The notes: generated from the sequence alone by a model not told the origin. A DNA stretch of 64,000 nt from Candidatus Anstonellaceae archaeon (GCA_038887295.1 JAWAKW010000001.1:173668-237667), one strand, 5' to 3'; shown: positions 48,476 through 58,086, counted from the first letter of the stretch. A program made the numbers and translations.

Positions 48476-49216
48476 GCGATAGTCGCATCGGTTTAGCTGA
48501 GAAAACCAGTAGCATTCACCAGGTGAGTTTTCACAATCTTGTTGTGTTTGGCAGTATTCGCACTCTCCTTGCATCATACACCTCATATAAGGAGTCAAAG
48601 GTATACAAAAATTATTCAAGTCATCCCAGTAGCATCCTGCTGCAATGCAAGAAGGCTCTCCAGTGCATGCAGCACAATTAGAAGATGAGCATGTTCCAGA
48701 AGGAACTTGATTTTCCGGTTCTGCGCACTTCAATGCAAGTTTCTTTTCTCCAGCTTGCCTCTTGTTTGAAAGATAAGGCGTATCATAATTGAACACAAGC
48801 GAAAAATCCCTTACTGCATCAATCGGGCAATTGCTATCAGTAATCACATTCACCTTCAAAGTCTGGCCAGGAGTAATACCAATAGATGAAGAAGGTGAAG
48901 CGGCCCCATATGTGCAAAATGTCCTTGAAACATTGTTTATTCTTATTGACTTAAGATAAATTGGTTCAGGTGCTGAATTGTAAAGCACCATCACATACCC
49001 TTCAGAATTCGGAATTCCGCAAAGATACCCTCCAGTGTTTTTTATATCAATCACATTAATCGGCTTTACAGTGCTCCTCCAATATATCTGAGACTCTGTT
49101 ATATCTGCTTCCTTTCCTACAAGAGGAAAAAAGCCCAAAAGATAAATCACACCAAGTGCAATCAGCAGCACCACACCCAAAATAATCAAATACTCTGCTG
49201 AAGTCTGTGCTTTCAT
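48473..49216 (-). CDS. pilin-like paralogue with the identical class III signal peptide and a Cys-rich 'CIAAGCYWD' C-terminal domain
   Basis: The first 29 aa are identical to the neighbouring gene, and the C-terminal 65 aa are about 65% identical to 49256..49585. Confidence 0.65.
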   Translation of the reverse strand: MKAQTSAEYLIILGVVLLIALGVIYLLGFFPLVGKEADITESQIYWRSTVKPINVIDIKNTGGYLCGIPNSEGYVMVLYNSAPEPIYLKSIRINNVSRTFCTYGAASPSSSIGITPGQTLKVNVITDSNCPIDAVRDFSLVFNYDTPYLSNKRQAGEKKLALKCAEPENQVPSGTCSSSNCAACTGEPSCIAAGCYWDDLNNFCIPLTPYMRCMMQGECEYCQTQQDCENSPGECYWFSQLNRCDYR

Positions 49217-49262
49217 GCACTAAATTTGCCGCTCTAATTTAACTTCTTTTTGGTTTTAGCGA
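49126..49262. repeat. ~135-bp direct repeat (copy 2)
   Basis: See copy 1. Confidence 0.8.
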
Positions 49263-49585
49263 TACTCACATTGATTTAGTGGAGAAAACCAGTAGCATTC
49301 ACCAGGAGATTGTTCACACAATTGCTTTGTTTGGCAATATTCGCATCTTGCATTCATTATGCATTGTACATAAGGTGTCAGTGCGATGCATTGATTGTTT
49401 CTTCCATCCCAGTAGCATCCTGCTGCAATACAGGCAGGCTCTACTTTTTGCATATGGCAAGTGCCTGCTTGGAAAGTCTTTGTTTGTTTTTCAATCAACA
49501 AAGCTGCTGTTGCAACACCAAGCAAAACAACCAAGGCTAAAGCAGCAAATGTGATTTTCATGTATGCTTTATACACGTTTTTCAT
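49256..49585 (-). CDS. small secreted protein consisting of a signal/TM segment plus the 'CIAAGCYWD' Cys-rich domain
   Basis: A hydrophobic N-terminus followed by CIAAGCYWDGRNNQCIALTPYVQCIMNARCEYCQTKQLCEQSPGECYWFSPLNQCEYR. Confidence 0.6.
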   Translation of the reverse strand: MKNVYKAYMKITFAALALVVLLGVATAALLIEKQTKTFQAGTCHMQKVEPACIAAGCYWDGRNNQCIALTPYVQCIMNARCEYCQTKQLCEQSPGECYWFSPLNQCEYR

Positions 49586-49615
49586 AGTTTCACCACTTTA
49601 TACTTTTAGAAGGAT

Positions 49616-50602
49616 TTACTTTTTATTCCTTTGCATCATTGCCGCAAGCAGAGGAAAAACCAAAGTTGCATCTGCCTCAACAAAAGCAGAATTTTCCATT
49701 CTTTTGAGCTTGTTCCAGGACACTGCTTCGCGCGGGCGCGCACCCGAAAGCGAGCCATCGTACTCTGTCCCAGTTGAAACATAAACGGCATAATCGAGCC
49801 CATTTCGTAATATGGCAGCGCCAATCAGGTGGTGCTTTGCAATCCCTCCGCCCAAAATAATCCCGCCAGTCTTTTGAGCACCAAGCACAATGTCATAAAA
49901 CCTCTTCAGCTCCTCTGCAGCATCCACAACAAAAGGCTTTTCCCAGTGCTTCTGGTTAAAAAAATAAAAGTGGTCGCCCATTGCACCATCCAGCGGCCCT
50001 GGCAAAAAAACCGGAATATTATTTTTTGAGCACCAATAAAGGAATGAGTTTTTATCGCTTATCGTTTTCCCAAGCTCGTGCACATATTGGCTCATGCAAA
50101 TCTTCCCGCCGCTTTTTTTGTACATGCCCTCCATGAATTTCAGATGCTTTTTTTCAAATTCAACATATTGTTCGTCTTTAACGAATATGTTCCCAATTCT
50201 GTTCATTCCATTTGCCTTCAGCTGCGCATCATCTACATCAAAGCTTCCAAGCAAAAATGGCTGGCTTGCCTTCATCACATCTTCCTCTACTGAGCCGGTA
50301 GAGGTGACTATGCAATCTATCAGCTTGTGCTTGCACAAATATGCAAATATTTCGCGCAGGCCAGACGAAACCATATTCGACGTAAAAGTCAAAAATATAG
50401 TCGCCTTTTCCTGCTGCATCCTTTCTATTATCTTGTAAGCTTTCCACAAATACGAAGCTTGGAAGCCCAAAGTGCGATAGCCGTCCACAAACTCGCAAAG
50501 CTTCATATGGGGGTGTGGCTCAAACCCTGATATTTTTGGCAATGGCGCCTTCCTTATCTCAGTTGACAGAACCTTTCTTTTGAAAGAAGGATTGCGCTTC
50601 AT
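49616..50602 (-). CDS. dys: deoxyhypusine synthase
   Basis: The C-terminal GGGIAKHH...STGTEYDGS motif block. Confidence 0.8.
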   Translation of the reverse strand: MKRNPSFKRKVLSTEIRKAPLPKISGFEPHPHMKLCEFVDGYRTLGFQASYLWKAYKIIERMQQEKATIFLTFTSNMVSSGLREIFAYLCKHKLIDCIVTSTGSVEEDVMKASQPFLLGSFDVDDAQLKANGMNRIGNIFVKDEQYVEFEKKHLKFMEGMYKKSGGKICMSQYVHELGKTISDKNSFLYWCSKNNIPVFLPGPLDGAMGDHFYFFNQKHWEKPFVVDAAEELKRFYDIVLGAQKTGGIILGGGIAKHHLIGAAILRNGLDYAVYVSTGTEYDGSLSGARPREAVSWNKLKRMENSAFVEADATLVFPLLAAMMQRNKK

Positions 50603-50608
50603 GAAATT

Positions 50609-50932
50609 TTACTCTTTGAGGGCCCGCAAAAGCATTAGCCTTGCAGTCTTTTCCTCTATTTTGACCTTCTTCAGTTTGGCAACCAGCTTGTTTTCCCCAA
50701 GCATTGAAAGCCAAGGAGAAAAGTGGTCGCCCAGTGCGTGGAACAAAACTGCCTCAAGAGGAGCAGTTTTTATCAGGTATATAAGCTCAGCAACATTTTT
50801 TGCCCTTCCAACCACCCTTCCGTCCGGCATTTTAAATATGAACTCTTTCCCTGGTGGGCAATCTTTCATATTATTCACCTCTTGCGCAACCTTCTCTTTG
50901 CTTATTTTTAATTCTTTTGATTGGTTTTCCAC
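50609..50932 (-). CDS. hypothetical protein
   Basis: 107-aa ORF; no motif recognised. Confidence 0.35.
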   Translation of the reverse strand: MENQSKELKISKEKVAQEVNNMKDCPPGKEFIFKMPDGRVVGRAKNVAELIYLIKTAPLEAVLFHALGDHFSPWLSMLGENKLVAKLKKVKIEEKTARLMLLRALKE

Positions 50933-51704
50933 AATTGTGCATCATGGCAGCCACAAACCCAAGCTCCAAAGCAAGGTCGGTTGCTGAAAAAAAGCAACCC
51001 AAAACCTTGTGAAGGTGCTCCGCAGCCTTTTTGTTTAGGTATGAAGCAGAAACTGCCGCATCGAACGGATTTGGGCAGGTTGAGAAAATGGCTGCAAGAA
51101 GGCCTGCAAGCACATCGCCAGTTCCGCCTTTGGTCATGCCTGCATTCCCACCTGCTACTTTCTTTATTTTCCCAAAAGATGCAATAATATCTGTCCGTCC
51201 TTTAAGCAAAATGGTGCAGTTGTATTTTTGCGAAAGTGCTGCCGCAGTTTGGGCAGAGGCAGGCTGGCCAAAAGCAGCACGGAATTCTTTCACATGAGGG
51301 GTAAGGATTGCATTTTGGTGAAGAAGAGAAATAGGTAGCAGCCGCAAAGCAGCAGCATCAAGCACGCACTTTTTCTTGCTTTTCAAAACTTTCTCCACCA
51401 TCCTTCTTGTTCTCGCAGAAACATCCATCCCATTGCCAATCAATACGCAGTCAGCCCTTTCAAAAACCTCTGGAAGCTCTTTTTTTCCTATACAAATCAC
51501 ATTAGGTGTGGCTATTCTCATTTTTCTGAGGGCTTCCACATTTTGCGGCAGTGAATAAAAATAGACAAGGTCGCAAAACCTCATTGCAGCAAGTGCAGCT
51601 AAGATAGGTGCCCCATGGTAGGTTTTGCTGCCCCCTATTATCAGCACTACTCCATTTTGCCCCTTATGGCTGTCTTTTTTTGGGGCAGGCATCCAAAGCC
51701 TCAT
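50871..51704 (-). CDS. ADP-dependent NAD(P)H-hydrate dehydratase (YjeF C-terminal/Nnr2 family)
   Basis: The NGVVLIIGGS and GTGDVLAG motifs. Confidence 0.75.
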   Translation of the reverse strand: MRLWMPAPKKDSHKGQNGVVLIIGGSKTYHGAPILAALAAMRFCDLVYFYSLPQNVEALRKMRIATPNVICIGKKELPEVFERADCVLIGNGMDVSARTRRMVEKVLKSKKKCVLDAAALRLLPISLLHQNAILTPHVKEFRAAFGQPASAQTAAALSQKYNCTILLKGRTDIIASFGKIKKVAGGNAGMTKGGTGDVLAGLLAAIFSTCPNPFDAAVSASYLNKKAAEHLHKVLGCFFSATDLALELGFVAAMMHNCGKPIKRIKNKQREGCARGE

Positions 51705-51755
51705 TGTGCTTGCTTGGAAAATTACATTCAAAAGCTTTTGTGTGAAATTAAAAAT

Positions 51756-53210
51756 ATGGGAAGCCAAAAGAAAGAATACTGCGGGGTATTTGGCATATAC
51801 TCATTTTCCTCAAGCGAGATTGCACACCAAATATACTTGGGCCTGATGAACCTCCAGCATCGAGGCCAGGATTCAGCAGGAGCTGCAACCTCTGATGGAA
51901 AGGAGCTTTTCAGCATAAAAGGGCTGGGGCTAGTTTCCGATATCTTCACGCCAGAGTCCATAAAGAGCCTCAAAGGGTTTGCAGGAATAGGACATGTGCG
52001 CTACCCAACAATTGGTGCAGGTGGCGTCGAGGATGCCCAGCCATTCGTGGCTTCTTTGGGGAACAAGTCATTTGCGCTTGCCCACAATGGCAATCTTTCA
52101 AACTATGGCAAAGTGCGAAAAGAAATGGTGCAACAAGGTCATAAATTCAGCTCAAGCTGCGACGCAGAGCTTATCTTGGCAGTCTTTGTGCAAGCTTACA
52201 AAAAGCACAATGATTGGTTTTTGGCAATACAGGAGCTGATGAAGAAGTTGGATGGAGCATATTCTGTTGTTATCGTAAGCAACCAAGGTGAGCTTGCAGC
52301 ATTTCGCGACCCTCTTGCGATCCGGCCGCTATGCTTTGGCAGAAGCAAGGAAGAAATCGTCTTTGCCTCAGAGTCGGTAGCCCTTGATATAGTCTCATGC
52401 AAACTCGAAGGCGATTTGCAGCCGGGTGAAGTCGTCTTGGTTTCTCCTGCTGGCATCAAAAGAAAGCAATTAGCAGGAAAATCCCAACCCAAGCACTGCA
52501 TGTTTGAATATGTCTATTTTTCTCGCCCAGACTCAAAATTGGATGGAAGATGGGTCTATGAAGTTCGCTATAAGCTTGGGAAGGCGCTTGCAAAGGCAGC
52601 ACCAGTTAAAGCAGACATCGTGGTGCCAGTACCAGACACTGCAAGAAGCGCCGTAGAAGGATATTCTGCAGAAAGCGGAATTCCGGTTGCAGAAGGGCTG
52701 ATTAAAAATAGGTATGTTGGCCGGACATTTATCATGCCTTCGCAGCAAAAGAGGGCAGATGCTGTGCGGCTCAAGCTGAATGCGGTGCGAAACATACTCG
52801 AAGGGAAAAGGGTGGTGCTTATAGATGATTCAATAGTGAGGGGCACCACTATGGGGCCAATAGTAAAGCTAGTGAGGGACGCAGGAGCAAAGGAGATACA
52901 CTTGAGAATCACCTGCCCTCCAATTATAGGCCCGTGTTTTTATGGCATCGACCTTCCAACATATAGTGAATTGGTGGCTGCAAACAAGAGTGTAGAAGAG
53001 ATAAGGAAAATGGTTGGTGCAGATTCCCTTGTTTATCAATCTGTGCAGGATTTAGTGGATGCAATAGGAATAGGGAAAGAAAACCTTTGCCTTGGATGCA
53101 TCACACAAAGGTATCCTACAGCTTTCGGCCAGAAGCTTTCAGAAAAAATGAAGCAAGCCCACAAAGAAGGCAAGGAAGGGGGAGTTCGTGTTTGGGAGGA
53201 GCAAAGCTGA
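51756..53210 (+). CDS. purF: amidophosphoribosyltransferase
   Basis: The N-terminal nucleophile CGVFGIY after a short propeptide, and a PRTase domain with C-terminal Fe-S cysteines (CLGCITQRYP). Confidence 0.85.
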   Translation: MGSQKKEYCGVFGIYSFSSSEIAHQIYLGLMNLQHRGQDSAGAATSDGKELFSIKGLGLVSDIFTPESIKSLKGFAGIGHVRYPTIGAGGVEDAQPFVASLGNKSFALAHNGNLSNYGKVRKEMVQQGHKFSSSCDAELILAVFVQAYKKHNDWFLAIQELMKKLDGAYSVVIVSNQGELAAFRDPLAIRPLCFGRSKEEIVFASESVALDIVSCKLEGDLQPGEVVLVSPAGIKRKQLAGKSQPKHCMFEYVYFSRPDSKLDGRWVYEVRYKLGKALAKAAPVKADIVVPVPDTARSAVEGYSAESGIPVAEGLIKNRYVGRTFIMPSQQKRADAVRLKLNAVRNILEGKRVVLIDDSIVRGTTMGPIVKLVRDAGAKEIHLRITCPPIIGPCFYGIDLPTYSELVAANKSVEEIRKMVGADSLVYQSVQDLVDAIGIGKENLCLGCITQRYPTAFGQKLSEKMKQAHKEGKEGGVRVWEEQS

Positions 53211-53517
53211 GCTTCATTCCAAGCCTTTCAGCCGCCTTAGAAGGCTTCTTTCGCACGGCAATCTCTGGATTTATATTCTTTCTCTAATGAAAAGGAAAAA
53301 AGTATATGCCTATGCTCTGCCTCAGCACATATTTTCGAAGTTCGGCTTTTTGCCATCTAAGCTTATGATATACTTTGTGCTTTATAAGCTGGAGTCAGAA
53401 GGCCTTATTGCATCTTCATTTGAGGAGAGGCGCAAATATTACGCACTTACAACTAAAGGCAAACAAGAACTTTTGAGAGCAAAAAAATTCCTTGCACAGC
53501 TTTCAAGGAGGCTTTGA
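53188..53517 (+). CDS. PadR-family transcriptional regulator
   Basis: The GNLWIYILSLMKRKKVYAYAL winged-helix signature. Confidence 0.65.
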   Translation: MFGRSKAELHSKPFSRLRRLLSHGNLWIYILSLMKRKKVYAYALPQHIFSKFGFLPSKLMIYFVLYKLESEGLIASSFEERRKYYALTTKGKQELLRAKKFLAQLSRRL

Positions 53518-54098
53518 GGATGGGCAAGAAAGCAATACTTCTTACAGGTGTGCCAGGAACAGGCAAGACCACCGCCGCAAAGCTTGCAGCCAAGGCGCTT
53601 GGGGCAAAGCTGATACAAATAAACCACCTCGTCGAATCTGAACAACTTTACTCTCGTGTTGATTCAGACGGAGCAAAGGTAGTGCGGCTTGGGCTGCTAA
53701 AAGAAGCAATCTGCAAGGCAATAAAGCAAAGCAGTCTGCCTGCGATCATCGAAGGCCATCTTGGCTGCGAAATCCGTCTGCCCGTCCAAAAAGTAATAGT
53801 GCTTCGATGCCATCCCAAAATCCTGCGAAGAAGGCTTGCAAAAAGGAAATACTCTCCTCAGAAGATATCCTCAAATGTGCTTTCAGAATGCCTAGATTAT
53901 TGTACAGTGCTTTCTGAAAAAAACTATGGCAAAAGGAAAGTTTGGGAAATTGATACAACTTCTCTTTCAAAAAAGCAGGTGGCACAAGAGATTGTAGCGA
54001 TATTTGGCGGCAAGAAAAAGGGCAAGCCAGTCTCTTTTCCTGATGCTTTTGAGCAGGAAGCAATTACCTCTGCGAAGCTGAACAAATTGCTTTCTTAA
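53514..54098 (+). CDS. adenylate-kinase-like NTPase (Fap7/AK6-like)
   Basis: The Walker A motif ILLTGVPGTGKTT. Confidence 0.5.
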   Translation: MRMGKKAILLTGVPGTGKTTAAKLAAKALGAKLIQINHLVESEQLYSRVDSDGAKVVRLGLLKEAICKAIKQSSLPAIIEGHLGCEIRLPVQKVIVLRCHPKILRRRLAKRKYSPQKISSNVLSECLDYCTVLSEKNYGKRKVWEIDTTSLSKKQVAQEIVAIFGGKKKGKPVSFPDAFEQEAITSAKLNKLLS

Positions 54099-54358
54099 AG
54101 GCCTGCAAAATCAGACTCTTTCTTTCCCTTTGGGAAAACCTTGCCGGTTGGAGATAAGACAGGCAGGGAATACTCTTCTGCAATTCTTATAAGCTCCTGC
54201 AAATCCACAAAGCGATCTGCCACCAAATAAGGGATTTTTCCTGCAGGCGAATCCAACCGTTTTATCTTGAATTCAACTAGCTGGAACATGCCTGCCCTTT
54301 TGCAGCGAATCTGAACCTCTCCTTTCTTGATGGCCTCCTGCTGTAATTCCTTGCTCAT
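54095..54358 (-). CDS. hypothetical protein
   Basis: 87-aa ORF. Confidence 0.3.
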   Translation of the reverse strand: MSKELQQEAIKKGEVQIRCKRAGMFQLVEFKIKRLDSPAGKIPYLVADRFVDLQELIRIAEEYSLPVLSPTGKVFPKGKKESDFAGL

Positions 54359-54549
54359 AAAATCCCTTTCAAAAAAACATACACAACATAAATAGGTGTC
54401 CCACTTTCGTCATATTCTTTTTCTATTTCTACTTTTTCGCCTTTGCGCTCATACATTTTTGCAACTTCCAATGCAGCATTCTTGTACTGCGTCATATACA
54501 CTGCTTTTTTCCCAATCCCTTCTTTCTTGCCTCGCCTAGATTTGCCCAT
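54355..54549 (-). CDS. hypothetical small basic protein
   Basis: 64-aa ORF coupled to the previous gene by a 4-nt overlap. Confidence 0.3.
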   Translation of the reverse strand: MGKSRRGKKEGIGKKAVYMTQYKNAALEVAKMYERKGEKVEIEKEYDESGTPIYVVYVFLKGIL

Positions 54550-54564
54550 CCTTATACGCCTTTA

Positions 54565-54650
54565 TAGCCCCAATCGGATTCGAACCGATGTCCCGAGGTC
54601 TCTCCCGTCAGACCAGAGCCTCGTGTCCTTGACCACTAGACGATGGGGCT
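54565..54650 (-). tRNA. tRNA-Gln(CTG) with a 13-nt intron at the canonical 37/38 position
   Basis: Manual fold gives acceptor AGCCCCA/TGGGGCT (A1:U72 is typical of archaeal tRNA-Gln), D-arm GTCT-AGTGGTCAA-GGAC, anticodon stem CGAGG/CCTCG separated by 20 nt (loop CTCTGG plus intron TCTGACGGGAGAG plus A), and T-arm ATCGG-TTCGAAT-CCGAT. Confidence 0.7.
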
Positions 54651-54741
54651 GCCACTTTTGACTGCCAATTTCCTATCGTTGCATACATTTTAAATAAGAA
54701 TCTAAAATAAAAAACACTCAAAATATGGTTCGGGTTTTTTT

Positions 54742-55338
54742 GTGAAAATTGAAATAATCCATCAGCCGCTGAGTTTTGAAAACAAAGGAACCACTATTTT
54801 TGATCATCTGAAGCAAATAGTTCAGTTTGCCATAAACTTTGCAGGAAAGCTCAGCTGGAAAACCCTAATTGGCCATGCCTCAAAAGCAGGAATAGAGTTA
54901 ATCCGTCCTTCCTTGGAAGAATTTCTCAGCTACGACTCAACAGTCAGCTTCATTATAGGATTGGACTACGACAAAGATATGTTCAAAACAGTAAAGAAAT
55001 TGTGGTCGTTGCAAAATGAACTTCAGCAGAAATTCTCACCCAATAAGTTCGAAATCAGCATTTTTCTTAGCCCAAACAAAAAAGAAATTCTTCATATAAA
55101 GATGCATTGGCTTTCTGCGCAAAACACCAATGATGAGCGCCACTATATACTTTTTGGCTCTCCTAATCTTTCCAGTGGCGGTCTAAGAAAAAATGCTGAG
55201 CTTGCAGCCTGCCTGCACCTAAGTAGAAAAGACAAAGAGCAAATTGTGCAATTTGAAAAAATATGGGAGAAGTACAAAACAAGCAAAAACAGCATTCCTC
55301 TCAGCAAATATATTCATTCCAAACTTTCGTGGCACTAG
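54742..55338 (+). CDS. PLD-like (HKD-motif-like) nuclease-superfamily protein, putative
   Basis: HIKMHWL...GSPNLS resembles a degenerate HxK...GSxN motif; the call is weak. Confidence 0.35.
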   Translation: MKIEIIHQPLSFENKGTTIFDHLKQIVQFAINFAGKLSWKTLIGHASKAGIELIRPSLEEFLSYDSTVSFIIGLDYDKDMFKTVKKLWSLQNELQQKFSPNKFEISIFLSPNKKEILHIKMHWLSAQNTNDERHYILFGSPNLSSGGLRKNAELAACLHLSRKDKEQIVQFEKIWEKYKTSKNSIPLSKYIHSKLSWH

Positions 55339-56225
55339 CCTTCTTCAATCTCAAGCGAAAGATTGGCAGGCTTTGCTCCAAGAATAAGTTTGCTGGTGGA
55401 AACAAAATCTGCGCCTGCCTCAAAGTACTTGGCAGCAGTTCGCATTGTTATGCCTCCAGAGGCCTCTATAATGATTTTTGGATTTTCCTGTCTTGCAGCC
55501 ATGGCAATCCTGCTGAATCTTTTCCACCCAACATTGTCAATCAAAATAGCATCAGCCCCACATTTTGCAGCAAAAGCAGCCTCTTTTTCAGAAGACACTT
55601 CAACTTCTACAAATTTTCCTTTAGGGAAGGATGAAATTGCTACACAGATTGCATCTTCAATTCTTCCCATTCTTTTTCTTATCATTGCAAGATGATTGTC
55701 CTTTACAAGTATGCCATCTGCAAGTGACAGCCGATGGGTCAAGCACCCACCAACCAAAACTGCCCTTTTGCAAGAATCCGAAAGTCCAGGATATGTTTTT
55801 CTTGTGGCTGCCACTTTCCATTTGCCATACTTTTGTGCTGCCTTCCTGCTTGCAGTAGCTATTCCAGAAAGAACCATCAGAAAATTCAGAGCCGCCCTTT
55901 CGCAGGCAAGAATTGCCCGGCAATTCCCGTAAAGTTGGCATACAACCTGGCCTTTCTTCACTTCATCCCCTTCTGAAGAATTCCATTTGCAGGAAACTTT
56001 TTTTGAAGAAAATATCTCATTTGCTTCAAAAGTACCGCACAGTACAAAATCCGATTTTGCCACAATCCTTGCACGGCATCTTTCATTTCTTTTAATGCAA
56101 AATACGGATGTAATGTCCTTTGATGCATCCTGTCTCAATGCTTCAAGTGCTGCCTTCTTTGCATTTTTGCCAGACGGTTTGCGCAAAAAGAATTTTTCCA
56201 GCCTCATGAATTTATTTGGCGGCAA
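55335..56225 (-). CDS. nadC: nicotinate-nucleotide pyrophosphorylase (quinolinate phosphoribosyltransferase)
   Basis: The LVKDNH and IEASGGIT motifs. Confidence 0.8.
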   Translation of the reverse strand: MPPNKFMRLEKFFLRKPSGKNAKKAALEALRQDASKDITSVFCIKRNERCRARIVAKSDFVLCGTFEANEIFSSKKVSCKWNSSEGDEVKKGQVVCQLYGNCRAILACERAALNFLMVLSGIATASRKAAQKYGKWKVAATRKTYPGLSDSCKRAVLVGGCLTHRLSLADGILVKDNHLAMIRKRMGRIEDAICVAISSFPKGKFVEVEVSSEKEAAFAAKCGADAILIDNVGWKRFSRIAMAARQENPKIIIEASGGITMRTAAKYFEAGADFVSTSKLILGAKPANLSLEIEEG

Positions 56226-56240
56226 TTTATTATATTTAGC

Positions 56241-57419
56241 TTGGGAATTTGCCTCATGGCAGGTGAAGAGGAGGCAATTGGTGCGCTTGGCCTTCTTATC
56301 CTGATTGGTCTGGCAAGCAGACTTTTCCTCAAAAAGACAGGACTTTCAGACCTTTTCATTTTGATGCTGGTTGGAATAGCAGCAGGCCTATTTATTCCAG
56401 CCCAAACGATACAGACGCTTTCGGCATTTGCTCTGCCTTTTGCAGCAATTACACTTTTCATGATAATACTTGGTGAAGGGCTGAACATTTCAATAGAGCA
56501 TGCCAAGCACCTACATAAGGCACTGCTTTTGGGAACGTTTTCCTTCTTCTTTTCATTCCTTTCTATTTTCGTCATTCTTAATTTTGCAATCGACGCAGAG
56601 CTTTTTGTCTTGCTTACTGTAGCTTCAATTTTTGGCGGAATTGCACCAGAGCTTGCATTAAGCGTCATTTCAGGATTAGGCAGAGGCAAAGAGGCAGCTG
56701 CAATAGGTGAGCTTGAAGCAGTATTTTCTGATGCTCTTTCAATTATGCTTGCATTAGTCTTCCTTTCAGCTGCAATTTCTGGCAAAGAGCCTCAGTTCCT
56801 TCCATTTGAGCTTGCTTTTGAGGTGCTGCTTTCGGTTGCAGCAGGAGCAGTTTTTGCTGCATTCTGGAAAGCATTCTTGTTTAAAAGCGAGGAAGAACAT
56901 CAACATCTTCTGGTAATTGGGCTTGCAGCAATTCTTTATGCCATAAGCGGTTTATTAGGTGCAAATGGAGTAATTTCAGTATTTATCTTTGCATTCTTTT
57001 TGGGCAATCTTTCCCACCCATCAATCAATGAAATGAGAAGATTCCAATTCGAACTTTCATTTTTCCTGAGAACTTTCTTTTTTGTTTATCTTGGGATGCT
57101 GCTATTCCATTCTCCAAAGCCATTTGAACTTGCAACGATTGCCCTTGCCTGTTCACTTACGCTTGCCTTTTTTCGACTTGTCTGCACAAGGCTTGTCCTT
57201 TTTATTGCCCCAGAAGCAAAAGAAGAAAGAATACTCGAATTTATCTCTGGTAGAGGACTAACTTCTGCAGTGCTTTCAGTGTTTACACACCAAAAATTTA
57301 CCTCTCACGGCATTTCATCAATAGACCTTCCATTGTTTGCTCTTTTTGTAATTTTCTTCACTAACGCAATCTCAGCATTTCTTCTTTTTAAGAAAAGGAA
57401 GCTCAAAGCAGCCGGTTGA
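56241..57419 (+). CDS. cation/proton antiporter (CPA family)
   Basis: Polytopic membrane protein of 392 aa with the CPA-like helix organisation. Confidence 0.6.
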   Translation: MGICLMAGEEEAIGALGLLILIGLASRLFLKKTGLSDLFILMLVGIAAGLFIPAQTIQTLSAFALPFAAITLFMIILGEGLNISIEHAKHLHKALLLGTFSFFFSFLSIFVILNFAIDAELFVLLTVASIFGGIAPELALSVISGLGRGKEAAAIGELEAVFSDALSIMLALVFLSAAISGKEPQFLPFELAFEVLLSVAAGAVFAAFWKAFLFKSEEEHQHLLVIGLAAILYAISGLLGANGVISVFIFAFFLGNLSHPSINEMRRFQFELSFFLRTFFFVYLGMLLFHSPKPFELATIALACSLTLAFFRLVCTRLVLFIAPEAKEERILEFISGRGLTSAVLSVFTHQKFTSHGISSIDLPLFALFVIFFTNAISAFLLFKKRKLKAAG

Positions 57420-58086
57420 TTTTGTCCTTATGCTTCTTTGCAACCTCAGCAACCACGTCCTTTAGGCCAAGTCCGATTGCAATTGCAAAGCCCAATCCAA
57501 CTGCAACTGCAAATGCAGAAAGGAGCACCAGGAAAGACCAAATCAGAAGAGATGGATCTGCCGCAGGCAAAAGCAGAGGCAAAGCAATCACAAGTGCATT
57601 GTATGCTATGAAAATCTCTACTAGAATAGCAAGGGAATTGGCAAACGGTATCTTTTTGCTTTCTTTCATTTTGTCAGTTATGTAGTCTCCTGCCATGAGC
57701 GCAGCCATCAAGATTATTACTCCTTGAAGCAGCATGGGTAAATACCCAATTGCTTGCAGGGCAATAGTGCTTATTAGGCCAATCTTGACTACATCAGCAG
57801 CAATTCCCAAAAAAGCCACCATTATGTACAGCTTCAAAAGCGTCACGGCAATTCCACTGAATGTAAAGCCCAAAAATGCATCATGCACGCCGTGGCTTTC
57901 TAAGAATTTCTCCAGGCGTATCCTTACAAAAAACTCTTTGAGTGCATTCCCAAGAAGATAAGCAACGCCCCAGCCTATTGCAAGAATCACAACCAGTATG
58001 GCAAAAGCAGCCACCCCTTCAAGCAAATTGCCTACAAACCCGCTTGCACCAGTGGCAAACTTGTCAAGCGCCATTTCAAACGCCAT
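57403..58086 (-). CDS. hypothetical polytopic membrane protein
   Basis: Six or seven hydrophobic helices. Confidence 0.4.
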   Translation of the reverse strand: MAFEMALDKFATGASGFVGNLLEGVAAFAILVVILAIGWGVAYLLGNALKEFFVRIRLEKFLESHGVHDAFLGFTFSGIAVTLLKLYIMVAFLGIAADVVKIGLISTIALQAIGYLPMLLQGVIILMAALMAGDYITDKMKESKKIPFANSLAILVEIFIAYNALVIALPLLLPAADPSLLIWSFLVLLSAFAVAVGLGFAIAIGLGLKDVVAEVAKKHKDKINRLL

